A stretch of 62,419 bases of DNA, counting the filler, from Aduncisulcus paluster (taxonomy: Eukaryota): NCBI GenBank assembly GCA_024181965.1. It is 4 parts of 4 records of this genome, joined end to end, with 100 filler letters (N's around TTAATTAATTAA, not from the genome) between each part and the next. Parts side by side here need not be neighbours in the genome. Positions count along the whole stretch, not along the records: positions 55,367 to 62,419 come from BQXS01012662.1; 3 more parts are not named here. One strand, 5' to 3'. Below are positions 56,407-62,419 of the stretch, in pieces; within the stretch, counting starts at the first letter, position 1; each line of letters begins with the position of its first letter. Made by a program: the position numbers and the translations under genes. A model generated the notes under the pieces. It was given only the letters and a program-made list of their open reading frames with translations. It searched no databases and was not told the DNA's origin.

Positions 56407-59400
56407 ATGTCGTTTGAGCCAACAACTTTGCCCGATTTATGTGAGAACTTCGCTGTTTACGTTATGCCTGGAGCTGACAAACCGGAGAAAGTGGCTCGTT
56501 TTGTAGAGAAGTTACGAGTTAAAAAGATTCATGTATTCACTCGAAAAGAAGAATATTCGCTATATAAAAGAACGCAGGCCGGAAAACCATATCGTTTTTT
56601 CTGTGTATGCTCTGATCCTGAAAATCCTCCGAAAGAGCATATGCTACCACCAGGTATACGTTGTAAATATGTTACTAGAAAAGCTATTGTGAGATCTGTC
56701 AATCTTGTTATTACTAGAACTACGGATTTACGCCGTAGGAAAGGAATGTATATGATTTATGATGACGTCTCAAAACAAGATCAAATGAGTTCATCCACAG
56801 ATGCTGTTATTCAAACTGTGGAACCTGAATTTATTCATGAAGGAACTGATTCTTGCTGTCCAATTCCTGGAGATGGCCCCAATATTAAGAGTGCAGAGTT
56901 TCCAACTATCAAAGCAATTGATGGAACCAAAAAAGAAGGTGATAAGTACGATCAGAGTTCTAATGCACAAAAGATGATGAAAGGAGGTGGTAATTATGGA
57001 CAATTTACCCATATTTCCATTCCTTTCTCTTCATCTTCCCGAATGAAAGGGGCTTATATCTGTCTATATCCTTCAACATCACACCTTATCTTCACTCTCA
57101 CATCTTCAAAGGGTGAGAAAGCATCCAGAAAATATAAATTTCCTGAATTTGAAACTTTTCATTGGTATTTCCTTTCCGTTGATCTCCCTGATGTTGTTCT
57201 GTGTGAGATTACAGGGAAAGGAAGAGAGGAAGAGTGTTATAAAATCGAATCCCTTGTTTTCATTAGTAGAGAAGAAACTCCTGAAGAAATCAAATCTCGT
57301 GAAGCCAGAGAGAAACTATGGTCTGAAGCTCCTGTTGTGAAAACAGAGTTTATTAAGGAAGGAGATATAGATTGTATTCCCATTGGACGAGATGATCCAA
57401 AGGTTGTTGATCCTTCATTCTCAGTGGTTAAGTGCAAGATTGATGGATTTAGTAAGGAATTTGAGGAGTATGATCAGAGTTCAAGAGCACAAAGAATGTT
57501 AAAAGGGGAATTTATTGTTGGCTCTGTTGAAGGTGGTCTGTGGTTATCCCATCTTTCCATCCCTTTCCCATCACCTAGTCCTATGAAAGGTGCTTATATC
57601 TGTGTGGAAGAGGATATGGCTTCTCATAGTTCTCCCTCTCTTCTCTTCACTTTCACTGATTGTGATGGTAAGAAGACATCCAAAAAGTATGAATTCACAG
57701 AACCTGAACATCAATATGAATGGCACTTCCTTCCTATTGATTTGGATAATGTTGTATTGTGTGAGATTGAAGGGAAAGGAACGTGGTGTGATAAGAATAG
57801 TCGCTATTTCGCAATCCTTTCCCTTGTTTTCATTAGTAGAGAAGAAACCCCTGAAGAACTCAAATCTCGTGAAGCCAGAGAGAAAATATGGTCTGAAACT
57901 CCAATTGTGAAACCAGAGTTTGTTAAGAAAGGAGATAAATCTTATGGATATAATGTAGTTTTTGATACAAAGTCTATTCCCATTCCACGAGATGATCCAA
58001 AGGTTGTAGATCCTTCATTCTCAGTGGTTAAGTGCAAGAATGATTTGTATAGTAAGGAATCTGAGAAGTATGACATGAGTTCAAAAGCACAAAAAATGTT
58101 AAAAGGGGAAGAATTTGAATGGGAAGAAGAAGATGAATTAGAAGATGGTGACCTCCCCTTATCCCATCTTTCCATCCCTTTCCCATCACCTAGTCCAATG
58201 AAAGGTGCATATATATGTGTGGAGAAGTATGACAGTTCACCCTCTCTTCTCTTCACTTTCACTGATTGTGATGGTAAGAAGACATCCAAGAAGTATGCAT
58301 TCACAGAACCTGAACATTACTATGAATGGTTCTTCCTTCCTATTGATTTGTGTAATGTTGTATTGTGTGAGATCGAAGGGAAAGGAACGTGGTTAAATAA
58401 TAACAATAGTCGACGTTTCTTCATCCACTCCCTTGTTTTCATTAGAAAAGAAACCCCTAAAGAACTCAAATCTCGTGAAGCCAGAGAGAAAATATGGTCT
58501 GAAACTCCAATTGTGAAACCAGAGTTTGTTAAGGAAGGTGGTAGAGATTCTATTCCCATTCCACGAGACGATCCAAAGGTTGTAGATCCTTCATTCTCAG
58601 TGGTTAAGTGCAAGAATGATTTGTATAGTAAGGAATCTGAGAAGTATGACATGAGTTCAAAAGCACAAAAAATGTTAAAAGGGGAAGAATTTGAATGGGA
58701 AGAAGAAGATGAATTAAAAGATGGTGTCCTTCCCTTATCCCATCTTTCCATCCCTTTCCCATCACCTAGTCCAATGAAAGGTGCTTATATCTGTGTGGAG
58801 AAGTATGACAGTTCACCCTCTCTTCTCTTCACTTTCACTGATTGTGATGGTAAGAAGACATCCAAGAAGTATGAATTCACAAGACCTAAACATTACTATG
58901 AATGGCACTTCCTTCCTATTGATTTGTATAATGTTGTATTGTGTGAGATTGAAGGGAAAATAACGCGTGAAGAGGAGAGTTATCCACTTGTCTTCATCTC
59001 CTCCCTTGTTTTCCTTCGAGGTGATGATATTCCCACCTCTCCTCCTCTTCCTCTTCCTCTTCCTCTTCCTTGCCGTGCCATTTCTCCATACACCGTTCCA
59101 CCTGACTCTGTTACTCTCACTCCAACATCTCCTTCAACCATCACTCCTCAGTGCATCATTGGCAGTGGTGGGTTCGGAGATGTGATCTTCGCTCATCTTA
59201 TGTCTCCATACTTCCCCATTCCTGCTGTGTTATGTGCTGTGAAATGCATGAAGAATGCTTCCACACATAAAGAGAATGTGCATTGTGTGAAACGAATGAA
59301 AGAAGAATTCGTCAATCAATGTAAATTGTATTCCAAGCCGTCGTTACAAAGCTGTATCCCTCGTCCTCTGCATATGCTTGATTTCCTCGATGATGATCTG

Positions 59401-60360
59401 AAAGGAACGTTTGGGCTGGCGATGGAGTTCTGTCAAGGTGGGAATGTGATGGAGTTTGCCAAAAGCTGGGCTGTTAATGTTAATGAAGATGTTGATGAAG
59501 ATGAGGATGAAGATGATCCTGAGTATGATCCTGTGAAAATAGCTGCTCTGTGTGTGGCTATCATCGAGTGTGTTGCTACCTTGTTTGACGTGAAAAAGAA
59601 GCTTGTACATCGCGACATTAAGCCCGATAACTTCCTTGTTCGGTATAATGCTTTGAAGAAACAGTGTCATGTTCTTCTTGGAGATCTGGGTTTTGTTGAG
59701 ATTCGTGAATCAATGTCTCGTAGTTCTTTCATTACCAAAGATTCCTCGAGCTCATCCTCATCCTCATCCTCTGATGGTCTTACGTTTGAATTCAAGACAT
59801 CGATCGTGGGTACTCTATGTTACAGTGCACCCGAGAGTCTTTCAAGTGGGTTTTACTGTCAACGCAGTGATGTTTGGGGAGTTGTCCTGACCATATGGTC
59901 TCTCTTCAATGATATGAAGCAACCTTTCATGAGTATCCCCACAATCAGGAGTATTCCTCCTTCTCCTGAATATGATTCAATTCTATGCTCAAGGCTCTGT
60001 AAGTTGGCTTCTGATCCTGATCGTCTCCCACAGCTGACAGATAGTGAGATCTTCTGTTCCCTTGAGACGATGGAAGATGGGAAATACAATGCCGTGTATA
60101 AGGCGTTTCTTGAAGTCTTCCATGGCATGTTGAATCCAAACCGTTTCAAACGAATGACCATCCACCAAGCCCATTCCTTGACGAGAGAACTCAAGCATAT
60201 CCTCCCTCGTGTTGGAGAAGGGTGGGAATGTCCATCCATCGAGGAGTACATTGCTGATCAGCTTGAAGAGTATGATGGGTGTACAGGGACAATCCATAGC
60301 AGTAGCAGTAGCAGTAGCAGTAGCAGTAGCTGTAGCTGTAGCAGTAGCCGTGGGAAATAA
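56407..60360 (+). CDS. Ser/Thr protein kinase (1317 aa) with four tandem beta-sandwich-like repeat domains
   Basis: Kinase motifs IGSGGFG, AVK, HRDIKPDN, DLG, GTLCYSAPE, SDVWG; repeat signature SHLSIPFPSPSPMKGAYIC; Pro-rich linker. Confidence 0.93.
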   Translation: MSFEPTTLPDLCENFAVYVMPGADKPEKVARFVEKLRVKKIHVFTRKEEYSLYKRTQAGKPYRFFCVCSDPENPPKEHMLPPGIRCKYVTRKAIVRSVNLVITRTTDLRRRKGMYMIYDDVSKQDQMSSSTDAVIQTVEPEFIHEGTDSCCPIPGDGPNIKSAEFPTIKAIDGTKKEGDKYDQSSNAQKMMKGGGNYGQFTHISIPFSSSSRMKGAYICLYPSTSHLIFTLTSSKGEKASRKYKFPEFETFHWYFLSVDLPDVVLCEITGKGREEECYKIESLVFISREETPEEIKSREAREKLWSEAPVVKTEFIKEGDIDCIPIGRDDPKVVDPSFSVVKCKIDGFSKEFEEYDQSSRAQRMLKGEFIVGSVEGGLWLSHLSIPFPSPSPMKGAYICVEEDMASHSSPSLLFTFTDCDGKKTSKKYEFTEPEHQYEWHFLPIDLDNVVLCEIEGKGTWCDKNSRYFAILSLVFISREETPEELKSREAREKIWSETPIVKPEFVKKGDKSYGYNVVFDTKSIPIPRDDPKVVDPSFSVVKCKNDLYSKESEKYDMSSKAQKMLKGEEFEWEEEDELEDGDLPLSHLSIPFPSPSPMKGAYICVEKYDSSPSLLFTFTDCDGKKTSKKYAFTEPEHYYEWFFLPIDLCNVVLCEIEGKGTWLNNNNSRRFFIHSLVFIRKETPKELKSREAREKIWSETPIVKPEFVKEGGRDSIPIPRDDPKVVDPSFSVVKCKNDLYSKESEKYDMSSKAQKMLKGEEFEWEEEDELKDGVLPLSHLSIPFPSPSPMKGAYICVEKYDSSPSLLFTFTDCDGKKTSKKYEFTRPKHYYEWHFLPIDLYNVVLCEIEGKITREEESYPLVFISSLVFLRGDDIPTSPPLPLPLPLPCRAISPYTVPPDSVTLTPTSPSTITPQCIIGSGGFGDVIFAHLMSPYFPIPAVLCAVKCMKNASTHKENVHCVKRMKEEFVNQCKLYSKPSLQSCIPRPLHMLDFLDDDLKGTFGLAMEFCQGGNVMEFAKSWAVNVNEDVDEDEDEDDPEYDPVKIAALCVAIIECVATLFDVKKKLVHRDIKPDNFLVRYNALKKQCHVLLGDLGFVEIRESMSRSSFITKDSSSSSSSSSSDGLTFEFKTSIVGTLCYSAPESLSSGFYCQRSDVWGVVLTIWSLFNDMKQPFMSIPTIRSIPPSPEYDSILCSRLCKLASDPDRLPQLTDSEIFCSLETMEDGKYNAVYKAFLEVFHGMLNPNRFKRMTIHQAHSLTRELKHILPRVGEGWECPSIEEYIADQLEEYDGCTGTIHSSSSSSSSSSSCSCSSSRGK
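56818..59020 (+). repeat. Four tandem domain repeats starting at 56818, 57337, 57907 and 58513
   Basis: V(K/E)(P/T)EF start motif and SLVF end motif; spacings 519, 570 and 606 nt. Confidence 0.95.
60298..60348 (+). repeat. (AGCAGT)n microsatellite encoding a poly-Ser tail
   Basis: agcagtagcagtagcagt... with agctgt variants. Confidence 0.9.
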
Positions 60361-61170
60361 TTGTTTAATAATAATTTATTATCAATGTTAGATGTAAGAG
60401 ATCAATTAGATCTAATTTATTTGTTGTAACGCTACAGTCGGTGTTTGATGAGAGAGAGAGATAAGTCCACATATCTACATTGCAAACTGATGTTCACAAT
60501 TAATCAAACAAACAAACCCACGTAAAATTATATCATCAAAGTGACAAGAGTCATCCTCAAAGGCCTGGTGAATAGCCAATTTAACCTGTTCCAATGACAC
60601 TTCCCTTTCTCTCCGCATGCGCCTTGTAATTCTATATATCCTTCCAAAAACAACACTGTCACACATCTGCTCTAATAAAGCCCGTAAATCAGCAATTACA
60701 ATCCCCAAATTAGTTGGGGTGGCATTTGAACTCTCTATTAAGGCCAATAAAGCGATGGATAATAGTTTGGTGTACGACAGTAACGACTGTAGCCACAGTC
60801 ACTATCGTGTATCACATTCATTCTAATAGAATGATTCTGTGATCAAGTAAGACTTGAGTTACTTCAGAAGAAGATCAATAAATCAAGACGATAGCTATAT
60901 AAATGTGCTAATCAACGGAGGTACCACTCGAAAGAAATGGCACGGCTATTAAGCTTGTGTTTTATTAATGATTATTTGATAATCCAATTGAGAAAAAGCT
61001 ACCGTATAATTACACTGCAGCATTACACTGTAAATACAATGATCGAAGAGATACCAGGCGAAAGACTTGTGAATATATCTTCATAGAAAATAGATCAAAA
61101 TAAAATGGAGTTGAGTTCACACAATGTGATGCAAACAACAACGAGAGAACGGGAAAAACAATAGAAAAGG

Positions 61171-62418
61171 TTAATTTCCACCAGATATAAAACTCGATTC
61201 TTCCTGCAATTTCTTCAGATCGACACCACTCTTTTTCTCCTTACTCGCTTCTCTCTCTTGACGGCGACGTTCCATATCCTTTTTACGTTGCTCGATTCTG
61301 GCATATATTTCAGCAAGCTTATCTCCTTGAGCTTTTGGCTTTGATCTTTCAGCGTCTTTTTCTTGTTGATCCTTTGCTTGTTCGGATTCATCAAACTTTT
61401 TCTTTTCCTCTTCAGATTCCATTTCTTTCTTCTTCTCTTCTCTTTCTTTTGCTTTGGCAGCCTCGATCTCTTCTTGACGCTTCTTATCTTCGGCACGTTT
61501 GGCAATGCGAGCATCAATATCGGCCTTTCTTGCCGCAGCTTTCTCCTCTTCCTCTTGCTTCCGCTTCTCTTCTTCCTTTCGTTCCTTCTCTTCTCTCTCT
61601 TTCTCAGCAATTTCCGCAAGTCGTTTGGTCTCAGCCTCTTTATGCAAGATATTAGCACGGAGACTAGCAGTGGCTTCCCTTTCATTGTGGACCTTAGTCA
61701 CACCGCCAGAACGCTTAGACAAAAGAACTGCACGGACGGTACTCTCTTTTGTATCATCAGGGCTCTCTTTTTCCTCTTGAGGATGCTCTTCCTCCTTCTC
61801 TTCTCCTTCTTCTTGCTTCTTTTCTCCTTCTCCTTCTTCCTCTTCCTGCTTCTCTTCCTCTTCCTGCTTCTCTTCCTCTTCCTTTTTCTTTGGTTGGCTT
61901 GAGGCTCTCCTTCCTTTCTTTTCTAACTTCTTATCGCCTTCTTCCGTTTCTCTCTTCATTCTTTCTTTCCACTCTGAATCGTCTCTCTTCTTCTTCTCTT
62001 CTTCCTCGAGTTTCATTTGAGCCTCCTTGGTTTCAATGTCCCTTAACATTGCTTCTTCCCGCATTCTCTTCTCTTCACGTTTCTTTAGAATCTCTTCTTT
62101 CTCTTTCCTCTCCTTTTCACGGCGATCGGCAGCTTGCTGTTGGAGTTTTCTAAATCTTTCCCTTTCTTTCTCACGCTGTTCGTCATCAACTTCCCAATCT
62201 TTAACTTTTTCACTTAGTTCTTTTTGCTTTGCACGTTTCTTCTCGGCTCTCTCTTTCTTCTCACGTTCAATTCGCTTCTTGAGAAGATCAATTTCCTTAT
62301 TCCGGCGTTGTTTCATAATTTTTTGCCCAATGCTGAAATGATCGATGGATTCTAACATTTGGTTGGTCATTTTCTTCACCTTATCCTCAGCTTTGGCAAC
62401 ACGACGCTTGGCTTCTTG
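61171..62418 (-). CDS. Highly charged E/K/R coiled-coil or single-alpha-helix protein, 5' end beyond the window
   Basis: Frame open from the window end to TAA at 61171. Confidence 0.8.
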   Translation of the reverse strand, partial: QEAKRRVAKAEDKVKKMTNQMLESIDHFSIGQKIMKQRRNKEIDLLKKRIEREKKERAEKKRAKQKELSEKVKDWEVDDEQREKERERFRKLQQQAADRREKERKEKEEILKKREEKRMREEAMLRDIETKEAQMKLEEEEKKKRDDSEWKERMKRETEEGDKKLEKKGRRASSQPKKKEEEEKQEEEEKQEEEEGEGEKKQEEGEEKEEEHPQEEKESPDDTKESTVRAVLLSKRSGGVTKVHNEREATASLRANILHKEAETKRLAEIAEKEREEKERKEEEKRKQEEEEKAAARKADIDARIAKRAEDKKRQEEIEAAKAKEREEKKKEMESEEEKKKFDESEQAKDQQEKDAERSKPKAQGDKLAEIYARIEQRKKDMERRRQEREASKEKKSGVDLKKLQEESSFISGGN

Positions 62419-62419
62419 C

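Noticed and set aside
56818..59020. Diversity-generating retroelement or CRISPR-like array explanation for the repeats
   Set aside because: No reverse transcriptase or cas genes; variation is indel or replacement type rather than adenine-specific, and all repeats are in-frame protein domains.
535..62419. Alternative genetic code (TAA/TAG = Gln as in hexamitid diplomonads)
   Set aside because: Conserved genes end properly at TAA or TGA, and long ORFs are uninterrupted in the standard code.

Overview
Gene-dense, nearly intron-free eukaryotic DNA in the standard genetic code, from a flagellated protist. The repeat-kinase family, Ser-rich low-complexity proteins, HscB and DRC4 resemble a free-living fornicate/metamonad such as Aduncisulcus (recalled resemblance, not a search result). 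Three artificial 100-nt N/TTAATTAATTAA/N linkers join four unrelated scaffolds. Eight 20-N gaps, mostly flanked by duplicated sequence, split several real genes. Recognisable genes: Tousled-like kinase, PTEN/tensin-like pseudophosphatase-C2 giant protein, multi-saposin polyprotein, USP deubiquitinase (plus a 5' fragment copy), hAT-like transposase 5' end, IQ protein, HscB, ABCF3/GCN20, SAC3/GANP-like protein, LRR protein, GAS8/DRC4, and a kinase with four tandem ~170-200 aa domains. Two leads stand out. (1) The kinase repeats have a conserved framework with discrete, loop-restricted, CDR-like hypervariability, suggesting a diversified intracellular sensor-kinase system. (2) Chains of short fold-back inverted repeats recur in intergenic DNA, and one fold-back templated insertion is visible directly against its ancestral copy.
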